Shown here one piece after another: positions 48,482 through 61,785 of a stretch of DNA of 64,000 nucleotides. Position numbers and translations under genes: made by a program. Each line of letters starts with the position of its first letter. The stretch's first letter is position 1. A model generated the notes under the pieces. It was not told where the DNA came from. It did not search any database and saw only the letters and a program-made list of their open reading frames with translations. The stretch is from the NCBI GenBank assembly GCA_973895155.1, contig OZ316895.1:7862184-7926183 (forward strand). Direction: 5' to 3'. The DNA comes from Marsupella aquatica (taxonomy: Eukaryota; Plantae; Marchantiophyta).

Positions 48482-51400
48482 GTGGGGGCTGGAAAATCTG
48501 ACAAAGCTTCGTTCCAACTTTCAGGAGTAGTGGGACTGTTGTACACTTACTCCTCTATGCACGGGCTACGACAACTTCACGGAACGAAAGCTAGAGGAAT
48601 TTGGTCGGCCAGTTGTATCTGTTCTACTTACCTATGACACACGTGCGGCATCCACACATCTATACAATGTCACGAAGACCATCTAAACTCAAGGACTCTA
48701 CCTCAAGCTCGTCAAACAGAATTTCCGAAGATGCGCATTGCAGCAAACTTCCGTTTCTTCAAATGCTTTACTGACAAGTAATTTACAATGATTGCCATCG
48801 CGCAACCGAAACGTCATAATAAAAATTGAAAATCTCATCCTGACCTACTCACTATACCTCAACTTTTTCTACTTTATAAAGGCCGCGGCTCTATGGTCTC
48901 CGTGTAGATGTATGCCCCAACGCCTTCTCTGCCGCAAGGGGCACATAGAGCAAACCAAGTAAACAACCATCATGTAAAGAACCTTCCACTTTGTAGAACA
49001 GGAACAGTCGACAATCATGCAGAGCTGTTTCTCATTGTGTAGATTACAAGTGAGAGAGATGAGTTTTTTTTGAAGCAGGAGAGGAGGCGCAAATAGACAA
49101 GAAGAACTACTTAGATTGAAGGAGAAACCAATCATTAAACCAAGGAAGAATTGCGAACAATTCATAAGGACAGTACACGATCGAAATTGCCAGAAGAGAT
49201 CAGAGGACCATTCCTTGTAGAAGCGAGAAGGAGAGAAATCCACAACTTACCACCACAGGTAGCTCTACCACCTTGCTTGCGACTTGTGCTGCTTGTTCCA
49301 CTATTTTCCTGGTCATTATGAAGAAGATTACAAAATCACATTTGTATGAGGTAATTTCACTAAACTTCGTAAAACTATCTCATCATAATAGTCTCTGATT
49401 CCATAACATTTTGGACCATAATAGCCTCTCACAACTTGAGTTAAAGCTAATATTACATACATAATTTTTACTCAAAGAAGGCCTAAAAAATGTAACCAGG
49501 GGGTCCACAAACTAATTTGAAAATTTATTTTTAATTTTCATTGTTTGTACAATGACAAGGTCTAACTGTTCTTTTTAACTTGTCTCAAACAAATATAGTC
49601 TTGTTTGATACTTTTTGTAGAATGAACCTTTCTTGTTTGTAACAAATAATGCTGATATGGTAGCATGTGCTTCCAGGGATTTTGGAATGAACTTCCCATG
49701 GGGGTAGGTAAATATGCACCAGTTAGGAATTATGAGATGAAACATTGTGATCAATCTAAGCATACACAATCTTTTGCAACATTGTGCTTCTAAATAAATC
49801 CCAGAATTTTATTTGCGAATATGGAATTGGTCTTGCATCCATCCAGGGCTGCATGATATGTGGCACATAGTTCTTCAATGCCTTCACAATTGCATGTGCT
49901 ACGAACAAAAGTAGCTGTGGACCAGGCCTTCGGTAGTATACACTGTCATGAGTTTGTCCCAGCAGAGGAACGTTGTCAATAATAAAGTCAAGAGGCACCT
50001 TCATTAAAAGAGCTAAGTACTCGTCAATTCCGAGACATGCAAATTGATGTTGCCTTCCACATTACGAATATTAGTGCTGATAATTAATAAAATTAACATA
50101 ATAAGCAGTTCTGTGAAGCAGAAGGCAGAAGCACAAATGATAAAGAGAAGTTGAGAATAAATTCCGCATAAGTAGAGTGAACAGGAACAGAACAACTGAA
50201 GTTAGAAGAGCCAATGACTGAGGTATATGCTTCGTGGGTCCCCTCGGTGAATTTTCTTACTCAGTGATAGCCCCCCATGAAAACTTTTGTTACAGTATAG
50301 ACCCCCATGAAAGTTTTGCTACAATTTATATCCCCTCTAACATTACGGGCATTGTGGTAATTTCCAAATAAAAAGAAGAAGATAATTTCAACACCTTATG
50401 ATGAGGAAGTATCATCTTGGGTCATTATAATAATTATTGAACGGGATGATAGATTAGTGGAATTTCTCTGATACCTTTTCTATGACTCACACCGCATCAA
50501 TCACATTGAATGAACTAAAAGATTATTGGTATACTAAGGGATGGAAAAGTTACATTTCTACAGGAATTTCTGCCTTCTACAACTAGATTGTGTGATTGGG
50601 CTTGATAGTAATCAATGTCGTTCTTACATTTTGTAGCTAGTGATTCAGTGTTAGCTCCCCACTAAATTTTGCACACGAAAGCAACAAATGCCCCTTAACA
50701 ATAAAAAGCATTACATCGTAATTGAGATAGGATAAAAGGAGAATTCCATTGTGAGATTTATGAGGACTCCCCGATCCCCTTCTATGGGGGATCCGTCAGG
50801 TCCAATCCCAGACGAAAAGGAGCAGAAAACAGTACTTCAAACACATATTGTAGTTACACAGCAAGTCAACAACTCAAAAATGACCAGCAAATACCCCAAA
50901 CTTGGATGTATCAAGGAGAAATATCCTAAAAACATTGCCTTTAAATGACAAACACCTAGACCCGCATCTAGATCGTGGTCTTCATGAAAAAAGGCCCAGC
51001 GAAAGCAACAGACAATACAGAATTGCAATTAGAACCGCATAGAAGGATTGTGGAAACTTCTGAAAAATTAAGCAGGTGCTCACTCCGAAGAATCTCAGAA
51101 GGAATTGGATCAAATAACACCGATAACAATATAATAGGTTGATAAAGTATTCTAGATATGCTAAAATATTGCACAATTATTGGATCAAGAGAGAGAGAAT
51201 GATACCTACAGCAAAAAGGAGCAAGGCAAATTTTGTAAGGGTCTTTTTTGCTCGATTTGACACAAACTGCTGATTTAGAACCCAATGGTCAAATACAACC
51301 ACACTTGGTACCTACTTTAAAGTCGGTGAACTGAAATGAAGGGTGTATGATTGAGAAGATACTTCTTCTCCATGTTACAAGTTGAGAGTGGTGTCACACT

Positions 51401-54400
51401 CAAACACAATTGGTGCGAGAGACCTATACCGACAAGTACTTCCAGACCAATTCAGAGGGAAAACTACAGTAGTCACCAGGGTTTGCTCGGAAATCCACAA
51501 AAACCCACTTCAAATGCAACGTCCCTCTACAAGTAAGTGCAATGTTCACCAGCAATTCCAGTATTAGAGGAGTAGAACGCTTCTACAAGTGCAACTCCTA
51601 AGGTTTTCCAAAATTGCGCCAAATTAGATGAGCATCGGAAAACTGAGGAATTGTTTTGACTGAGGAAATTAGAACTGCTTACATGACTCCGCCGATCCAA
51701 TAATCTTTCGAATTCCCCTTCCAAATTTCGTGAATAGATAACCTGTGTCCGTCTTTGTGAATTCTACGTAGCTTTTCGGCAATAACGAAGAAGGAACACG
51801 GTGGTAGAAAGGCGACCAATCAAAATTTTAAGGAGTTTGATGTAATGGAGAGCACTATTTAGCAAAGACTGCTACAGGAAATCCTACTATTCTACCAATT
51901 TCAGCGGGTAACAGTTCGGGACTATTGTTACCAGCGGAAATTGTTTGCGAGATCGATGTAACTCAGAGCAGCGATCTTCACTGAAAAAAATGGGGGAGAA
52001 GGATAATGGCCATTATTTTTTCCCATCCCCCAATTGCCTAAGGATGGCTATTTCAATTTCGAAGCGGAGTTGGCCCCACCAAAGCTTCGTCGATGATGAA
52101 AAGCGCACAGCTCTGGGACAACAGAAATCAAGTGTGCCGGCGATATGTATACGGTAGAGCGGTAGACCCGGCAGCGCCGACGATCTGTTCGTCTTCAGTA
52201 AATATTGCCCTTCGTAGACTGCAATCACCTTTCGACTTCTTTGCAGAAACGGTCAACTACGAAACAGATCTCGGCACTTTGGATTTTGAAGTGGACGAGA
52301 GCAATGACAATGGAGCCCAGATGTTCACACCATGCCAATGTGATAGCGACGGTAATACACCGGAAACGTAGTTTTCAGTAAAATGTTGAATCTCCAGAAA
52401 ATGATTCATTTCATTCTCGGTTCCTGATGTATTGTCGACACAAAAATCACCGTTGTCCCGTAGCAATCGGTATTATGATTAGTGAAATGAAAGTTACTCC
52501 CATCCCCACGGGTGCTCTTACTATGCAATTAGGTAAATCGTCGTTCGATCTTACTGATCTGGGCAACTCCATGTTACCTCTGAAAATAAAGCGGACCCAG
52601 GGACAGTACTTGCACTGTTCACCACCAACAGCTGTATTAGTTTTGCTTGAATTTGACATAGGAGGCCGTTGTTCGTAAACTGAGACCCTGCAGCAACGAA
52701 CTCCTTCACAAGTTCGCTACAAGTTGGACCAACTTAGAGATAAACCGTTTGGGTGATCTTCAGGCAGTCTAGTTTGCAATCAGTAGTACTTTCTTCTATC
52801 TGCGGCTCAACCACTTGAAGTAGCCCAACTTGTCATTTTCCGAAGTTCATACCGAACAGTACATTTATTTCAATTTTCCCGAGTATATATATACTCTAGG
52901 TCAGAACAAAGTGTTTTGCGCATTCTAATTTCACTATACACAAGATCTGTAGCAACTGATCACGCACAGGCTCCAAAAGTCGCCTCCTAAAAAAACCTAC
53001 TGTAATTGGGTTGGTCAATTGCACCAATTGCAAGAGCTTCCTCGAAAATACACTTAAGATGTCATGAATCGGAGTTCTGATTACTGCACGAGGAATTTTG
53101 CTTACAGTAATTTGTCACCGTGTGATCGATCTCAAATAGAGCGAACAAAGGAAAACAAATTGAACACACATCAATGGAATGAGAAGTCAAAATGTGTAGA
53201 GATCTTAATTTCCGCCTTCTCTTTGAAGATAAAAAACAGACGAACTTGGAATTGTTCTCCGATCCATAAACGCGGGAGTGAGAGAGATGATCCCTACGGG
53301 CTAAACTCCCCGCGGAGATCCGAGACATTTGGAAAGCGAAAAACATGAAGCTCCTTAACGGGAAAACAGCGAATACTTCACACAATGACACGTGGTGAGT
53401 TCAAGGACTTACACCCGCAGCATATTATATGAGTAAACAAGTAACCGGAGAACTCTTCGATCACAAAGAAGACAGAGTATCCTGTCACACACTGTCAATC
53501 AGGCCACACTGACTGCAGGTGGGAATAGCTTGCAGGGATCACTCCAGCCCATTGTACCAAAAGTAAGATGACTGTGAAATTAAACGAAGTGCGTCATAGT
53601 CTTTGAATATACCCAGAGCCTGCAGCAAAAGAAGAGGTTCATATCTTAACGAAAATACTGCCAGCACCGTCTCAAAAAAGCTGACATGAGGAAAATACTA
53701 TCTGAAGTTCTTTATGCTCCCAGCTTGCTCATTATTTCGTAATATTGCCATGAAAAGGTACGTACCGCTGCCTCACAGCTCGTCTTAGCTTCGATTCATG
53801 ACCGAAAGAGAATAATCGAATGAAGGAGCATTAGGAAACTCACACTAACAAAGTTCCCGACCTCTCTCCCGAAGATCGTCACCAATATGGAATGGGTGCA
53901 AATTACTAGTGTCAACGCTGGAAAGGGAGAGATTCATATCGGCTTCATGTTTCTAAAAGATCTCGTTTCTTGTGACTTACGTAATTATGGTCCCATCTGG
54001 AAAGCCTCCACGAAGCTGACCTGCTAGTACACTCAAACTAAATGTTATATAATTTTTGATGGTTTCCATGGTGGAAAGGTTCTCATCTTTAAAATTGTTG
54101 CCATTCACTGACTGAGCAAAGGCGGGCCATCAAAGACTCGCAGGTGGCATCCGCTGTTCCCCACGGTGGAAAAGGAAACCAGGATATCCTGCAAGATTTA
54201 TTCTATTTGCATTGAATTGTCTAGCGATTAACTGTGAACAGTCCCGTCCAATAAACTAACTCAATGTAACTGTGAAATCCAATTGAAGGACGTCATACCG
54301 ATTGTAAGTTGACTTCGTAGATCCTTTACCAAGTGGAAAATACCCAAAGGCTTAAAGTTTCAGTTCCAGACGCCATCCATAGGAGGGAATGGGAAGAGGG

Positions 54401-56488
54401 TGCGGAACTGACCTCGATATTAACGAAGTCTTCGACTTCTCTGACAGAAATTGGGTGTAGAATTAAATCATTCTTACCATTATGGCCGGCTGTCATTCGA
54501 TGTCATCATGCGCACAGTATCTGTGCTCCTACCTGGGAGAAATATGGGGCTTAACTTCAGGCACCTAGCTTCGTTTGCTCTTTCTGTAGATAGAGAATCC
54601 ACTACACACAGCTTGGAAGACATAGGCAAGGAACAGAGTCCTCAAGGTGCAATATGGGAAGATTTCCTTCAGTTTACCTGCACTTAACACACTGGACATT
54701 GATGGTGAAAAATCCACTTCAAGAGTAGATATACTACTCAATGCCACTGGATCACCACTGCAACTAACGACTGCTACAGGATAAGTAAAAGTTTATGTGC
54801 AGAAAGAGCTGCCTTTGGCACTTCTGGAGATTTCCTCTGTTCTCACAATGATGGTTTAAAATCTAAATCGGTTGAGATTTTGATTTTGTTCCCAATGCAG
54901 AGTGATACATCTACAAGCTACTCCGTATTTACTGAGGTCTCACGCACACCCTGAGTGACGCTCACGAAGTACACCATAAACTGTCTGGAATAATGTTAAT
55001 GGGTTTTCGGATTTTGTTTCTATGTCTATCACTTCTCCTTTAGTCGACAGCCTAGGGGGTGGCTTTTGTGGGAAGGAGATACAGAGCGATAGCATCAATA
55101 ATTCCGAAGGTGTCTCTTATATTGCAAGCGTTTTGGTATTCACGGTTGAATATGTTTTTGCTTGTAAGCTCTGGAAAAGAGTGCATGTCAAGGAAGCTCC
55201 CAATCTATCGCCAGTTCTGACTACAGTGGACGTGGGAGGGAATTTCCTTTACTATGCAGGACAATTTTCCATTTAGTGATCCATGATTCAATCACTTGTT
55301 CGAAATTTCACTACACGGAAGTTACATTATTGCTTGCAATAAACGAAGACATCTTGTTTTCTCACATTTGTCGACTAGTTCAGTTGAGTAAGTTTATAAA
55401 TAAAACTGTGAACTATTCGGCAGCGAACTGTCTCAAAAAGCTGTTTGCTTAGATCTTAACTGCGATTGAGAAAGGTTGGATGGAGGGTGATAATTACGGA
55501 CGCCAAACCGAGATGGATGGCTTTATCTGGGGTTTGGGTCGTGGCCGAGATGCAGTAGTAACAGTACCCCACTGCCCCACAGATCTTCTAGAGGTCCCCC
55601 ACATGGGAGAGCCAAGTTTGAGACAGCAATTGATACGTTACTGTACGTTACATACAATACAAAGTACTAAATAGCTTGAAGGCGGCAAGGCAAGTCCTGT
55701 AGCTTTGTCATACGTAGTATGCGAGATTGAGGTGATGAGTGGCGATCCGTTTTAAGAAAGTAGTTTTCTAGCAAAGAGCCCCTATTATCCGTTCTTTGAA
55801 AGTGAATAGGTGTGAGTACAATAAAGTGTGGACAAATTATATTCCCTAGTGTAATAAGAATAATGTCTCAAAAGAGAAAAAGAAACCCCACTTGAAAGAT
55901 TTCTGGAGCAAGAGGAAGCTCCAGCATACAAATTTTAATGGCTGAATTAGTGGAGCAAGGGTTAGGAAACAAATTGCAGTGCAATTTACCAAACACTTAA
56001 AGATTCTTCATGCCTATATTCCCATTTCCTCTGGGTCATACTCTTGTTATGTTCCATTTCTTGTTCTGATGATTTGTAAGAAAAGAAATTAGGATTTTGC
56101 TGAACCCTAAGCTGCACACATGAGGCATGGTTTAGTGCATCATAAAACCTCCAAAAACTCACCGCACCCGATACTGTTTTTCACTCCCACCCTAAATTTT
56201 GATTCATGCCCCCTTAGCTAGATGGATGAAAACAAAAAAAAACTTGCCAAAAAAACAATTCTAGCTTGTTTCCCTTTCATTTTTTTCCCATCTTTTTGTC
56301 CACCATACTTTCAGTTTTGTCTTTGCTAAGAGTGATTGTGAGCTTTGAAATGATGATAGAAACCATGGTATATATCATCGTTTTAACGTACATCATTCTC
56401 TCCTTGTACATTTTTTTTTCCATGCACATGAATTTTGGTGGGGTCCTATCATTCTCTCCATGCACATACTTTTTTGTAAGCACATACA

Positions 56489-56623
56489 TTTTGGTGGGGC
56501 CCTCGAGTCATTGTCTAGAGGACTCACTCTAGAAACCTAGACCTCAACTTTAGCTTTTTTGGTGGGGCCCTAGAGTCATTGTCTAGAGGTTTCACTCTAG
56601 AAACCTAGACCTCAACTTTAGCT
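56489..56623. repeat. Tandem duplication, ~68-bp unit
   Basis: TTTTGGTGGGGCCCT(C/A)GAGTCATTGTCTAGAGG..TCACTCTAGAAACCTAGACCTCAACTTTAGCT twice. Confidence 0.9.
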
Positions 56624-56794
56624 TCCCTTTGCACTTTATAAGTACAATTGAAGATGTTTTGATATTAAATGATTTCTAATTAATTATTTTATCAAGAGAT
56701 GGTCCAAGTTTTTCATAAAAAAATATGGACACATCAGAGCAAGTAAAGGGGCTCAATACCAGGTGACTAGGATAGGTAATGATTTTGCTAAATT

Positions 56795-56870
56795 GAGCTC
56801 CCCAGTTCATTAGGGTGAGGTCTAGGGTGTACGAGCTCCCCAGTTCATTAGGGTGAGGTCTAGGGTGTAC
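56795..56870. repeat. Perfect 38-bp tandem duplication
   Basis: GAGCTCCCCAGTTCATTAGGGTGAGGTCTAGGGTGTAC twice. Confidence 0.95.
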
Positions 56871-59800
56871 CCATATTTGAAATGCTAACTAGGATTACAT
56901 AATTTAGTTATTTGGCCCTCTCATTATGTATTCTTTAATACTTGTAAGGAAGCTAACACATATTCTCCAGTTATTATTATTTTCTATTTCTAAAATTAAT
57001 GCATACCCTAGTAACATTCTTAAATTTGCATAGAAAAATGATTCAATCTTTCATAGGCACTAATTTTGCATCATACCTTAAATTTGCATCACAAACTTAG
57101 TTGATGTTTTATGAGCACTCTAAAATATTTTGGTAGTCAGATACAGACCGTGACAAAAGGCCACTCACGGAAAATAAAAGAGACTGAACATTCACTATCT
57201 TTTCTGTGGCAATTTATCTGCGTCTTTCCGTGCGCTCATGTCGAGTGCTGAAATGTATAGGTTAGCACCTTCGCAATTGCAGGAAAACTTGCCATCAGAC
57301 AGGCGAGTCTTGATTATTACAGGTACGAGTAAAACTGAATCGAATTGGGGGAGACCGACTTTTTTGTGCAAGAATACTAAACGAGTTGCAAATATTAGTC
57401 AGGACCAGTCGAAGAGGAATGTAGTTGAATGTTCAAATTGTGCTTACAGGTTCGCGAACGGTGTCCATCAATTACAATGATCCTTTCACATTCAGAAACT
57501 TCACGTTGAAATGAGGTTTTGGGGCTCAAATCGACTTGAACCCAGACTTGAGTTGATTGAGCAGAAATTGTCCATTCCTTTGGCAAAACTACTGGTTCCT
57601 TTACGAGAATGAAGAATTTCGTTGCGAGGGTAAAGAATTTCGTGTTCCTCAGGTCCTCCGCCATCGATCAGCTTCCCTTAGGCGAGCTCGGAATGGTTCG
57701 AAACGAACTTTCTAAATAAACCTACGGATGTACTACTAACTAACGGGAGCCTTTAATGTTGCTTGATCACGAGGGCTCGAGGACATGTTTTGAATGCTCA
57801 AACGGAAACAAATAGTCAGTCATACTCATTCATGTCTTATTGTTGCTTCCAAACTAGGACAGCGGCCCCGAATATATGGTTGGGGTCGTGTCGTGGGTTG
57901 CGTACTTCGACGGACCTGTAGAATTCACAGGTCATAGCGACGTCAACGACGTCAGCAGACTTACCGTATCTCATTGCTTGTGTATCTCCTTGCTTGTCCG
58001 CTCGCTGTCGTTCTGCACGTAGGATGTACGGGACTCGTATGATGATATAGTACCATGTGCTGATGAATCGAAGGGATGAATTGCTGATGGAGCGAGGTGG
58101 TACATTTTGGGCTATGGATTACACTTTCGCAGGCTCATCAATCCTCACTCCTCTCAGTCCTGTAGCACAATCAGCTTGCAGGACTACGGCTGAGAACCCC
58201 AGGATTCGTAGGCCAGCTTTTAGAATTAATTTTAGATTGATAAGAGTGGAACGGCAAGGAAAGCGAGGAGAGTGGCGGCCATCAATTGTGAGTCAGAAGG
58301 AGCTTCTGGGCTGAAAAGGCTGAAATATCCACGGTGGAATAGTAACGACTATAATAAAAAATTAGTACTGTCGTGAAGATAGATTTTTGCAGGCTAGCTG
58401 GCTGCTGGCAGTCTGGGAAGCTGGATCGCGTTCATAACTCATAATGGTGGTAGATTGAGCTGAAATTCGGGAGAGATGCTCAGTTTCATCTCCCGCCCAT
58501 ACTGTATTGGTGACGACTGACGAGTCGTTGCGTCCATTTCTTCCGCAAGGTTAGGTGTCTGTCGTCGGAATTCTGTTTAATGAAGCTAGTGGATAAGATC
58601 TGCAGACTGCTGCCTGCAAGCAAGCCGAAACTCAGAAAGACTGCTCAATGCTTGGACCAGAGAAACATGAAGATGGGGTTTGTGTGTACGCGGCGGTAGA
58701 AGTAGTGGACAGCAATGATATGACCATAGAAAAACAAATTTCAGCTTTTACGAGATGCGCACACCTGCCTCGTTGCCTGGCTACTGCCCCGGAATGTGGG
58801 CAACACCCAGTAACGGTGTCTTTGTGAAATGCCTGCCAAAAGGAAAAGGGCAAAGGACTCTGGGGGCGGGACCTAGGGAGAGACACAGGCGCAGCAGGAA
58901 AGCGCACCGTCCACCCTTCAACAGTCCCACGTCGGGAAAATAAAGCGCAGGAGGTGGAGGGTCTGCAGTGCAAGACAGTGGTACAGTAGAGAGATGGAAC
59001 TTTATGGAAGAAAATCGAACAGGATTCTCGAAGAAAGAAAGATCGCCTCCACGCCAGGATGAATCAGCATTCGAGCGCATCCACGGTCCCTCCCTACCGT
59101 GCTAGCCAGGCAACCAAGTCTTGTTGCAGGACAGTACGGAGACGGCCTCGGGACTGGGAGTTCAATATCCCGGACGGAGCAAGGACAGAAATGTGAGGCA
59201 CATTTCACATGTGATCGAGTTTCCCTAGTGAGAGAGTCAAGACCGTGCTTCCTACTGTAGCGAACCGCGCACTCATGATACCCATGTTGCATCCGTTCAA
59301 TTGATCCCCTCTCCTCTCCTCTCGTTTCGCTAAGCTCACTGCTGTGGTCCATGGGAAATACGGTAAAACCCGAAATATTCACGCGGTAGATTCTGTCATT
59401 CCACTTCTCATTGTGGGGGCTCTCTTACCAATTGTTTTCCATTCTCTATGCTCCTACATCGTTTGACGTGCATCTACGTGTGAGAACGATTCTCCTTCAC
59501 GCCCACTCGGCCATGAAGCACATTGTCCAGTCACCCTATATTCTCGGGGCCATATCAGTCTGCACTCTTTGTCCCCTTGCCCTATAATTCCTGGGAATTT
59601 GGGGGCATTAAACTCAGGTCAATTTCTCGAAAGATTAAATGATCCGTGCGAAGTATGACTTGCATGGAAGAACTTACAGTTATTTAACACAAGAAAGAGC
59701 AATTTGTTGTTGGGAACAAACCAAAATTCATAGCACAGTGAAAGAACAGACAGAGGCAAGAGCGATGCAACTACCGTGTGCACTACCTTCAATTTTCTTG

Positions 59801-61384
59801 CATGCCTGGACGTCATCACGTGCGCCCAATACGAGAAAAGGAAACCTTCGCGTCAAAACCCAAAACCTGAGGAAGATCCGAATTGTTCTTAGCAGTCACG
59901 GTCTTCTTCTTTTCATGACTTCATGCTTTCGTAATATGGAGACTGCAGAGCCTATCCCGCATTGGCAAGGTCGGCACACTCGCCCAGCGGCAACGACGTA
60001 AGTAAAAGTGTTGTGGTACGTCGATCGTGGTATGCACCTCACGATTCAGGAATGACGAATTCTGGAATCCATGGTGGCAGTCACACACCTACTGTACATG
60101 GTTGCTGAACTTGACCGTCGTGGCCTCTGGGGTGACCTTTTGCCCTTCATGACTGGCGAGTTACGGAGTAAACTGTGGAAATTAACTGGAACTACAGCGA
60201 GCGGTCGTGCTTGTTGAGAAGTTCATCCGTGCATTACTTCGTCAGTTCATCGGTTCCATCCATCCAACTTGCTGACCTCGCCGTCGTCCTCTGTCTCTCA
60301 GCAGCCCAGCCCACCACAGGCGAAGCATGACTCAGACTGCAGTAGAAATTGCAAGCAGCGTCATCTCGTCGAGCTGGCGTTGAGGTGGCATCATAACTGA
60401 AATATAAATTATTTAAAGCTGCTCCCTCTGTGGTGATGATCCGATTGGTCCCGGCTTCCCACCCCCTTCCCTACCCCTCCCCTCACCCCTTGCTCAGTTG
60501 CTCGACAGTACCGATCCACCTTCCCCCCTTTCTTCCTCGCACCAAAGGCCATTATTTCGCGTTCCAGCTTCGAGATCGAGACGGATCTTATTCTCCCAAA
60601 CCCAACCATCATAGCACTTTCCCGTTTCCGGGGATCTTATTCTCTTGTGCCGACAAGACATTCCTCCCCAAACCCAAACCCAAACCCAAACCACTGTAGT
60701 TTGTAGTGAGTTGAACCATTGGGACAGAGACAGAAGTTTTCTTTTCTTTTAGTCATTCCTTCGACGCAAACCGGTTTATGAATTTATTAGTGACCCTTCA
60801 GAGCTTGGCATGGAGACGGATCTTCTCTTTTTCATATTAATCCGTCCTAAAGCATTACAGTTCTCCAAGCAAGGGGAGGAACAGTTCCAGTCATTCAAAA
60901 CATGATTAAATGCACTTCAACATCACCTTCCAGATTGCGGATGGACATGAATGGTTTTCCTCCCTTGCCGGTCATATTTCCTTCCATACCATAACATAAT
61001 TTAATGTAATTCTAGAATGGGAGACGGATCTTCTCTCGTGCCGGTCATCGCTAATCCTTCACTTAGTTAAATAGCGATCGTTCCTTCCTATCCCCAGTAA
61101 TTAAAGTAACCATGCGATGAGGTTGAAGCCGTTGCAAAAGAAACTTCCAGCACACATTTGAGCGGCTCGAACGACGGGAAACGGGGCGAGAAGGCTCCTC
61201 TCCAGCGTGGGCCAGGCTGTGGGCCAGTAAGCCCACCCCCGCAGACAGCACATCGGAGCTTCAAGCCGGTACTTGCTGTTTCTCCAGGCCGTGCATTGCC
61301 CCTCGACGTGGCAGCAGCCTTTCAATCGACCGACTCCCCCGCCCACATACTTAAACATGCTTGCCTCGGCAGTCACTTCAACAT

Positions 61385-61440
61385 CTTCTCTCTCTCCCTC
61401 TCTCCTCCCTCCCTGCCTCCCCTCCCTCCCCTCCCTCTCC
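61385..61440 (+). repeat. Pyrimidine-rich (CT/CCT) tract in the presumed 5' UTR or core promoter of EXO copy 3
   Basis: CTTCTCTCTCTCCCTCTCTCCTCCCTCCCTGCCTCCCCTCCCTCCCCTCCCTCTCC. Confidence 0.7.
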
Positions 61441-61785
61441 ATTGGGACCATAGCTAAGCGTAGAATCTTCTTCTGGTTTGCTCTCGAGATAAATTCGTTT
61501 TCCCACTTGGAAAATCCCTTTCTCCACGAATCTGCTGTTTCTTTCTGAATTGTGCTCGCAGTCTTTCTCGCATCAGCCACACAGTGTATACGTCCTTCTC
61601 ATTCCTACTCCTAAATTTTTTAATACTGTCCGATCCCCTACGGAGCAGTGCGCCCATCACTCCTGTACGAGGATCTCGAATTCTGGCCTTGATTGGTGAT
61701 TCATTCATTCTTTCTTTCCACGCTCTTCTCGGCGAGTGTATATCTCTCCAACTTAACATAGTAGGCGACAATTGAAGGCGACGCA

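Noticed and set aside
50240-50345. TIR-like end with repeated CCCCCATGAAA
   Set aside because: No correctly oriented partner end or TSD identified.
59817-59825. G-box/BRRE overlap CACGTGCG upstream of EXO copy 3
   Set aside because: A single short motif ~2 kb from the ATG, expected by chance.
60667-60692. (AAACCC)4 telomere-like repeat
   Set aside because: Short, and matches neither TTTAGGG nor TTAGGG; treated as a simple microsatellite.
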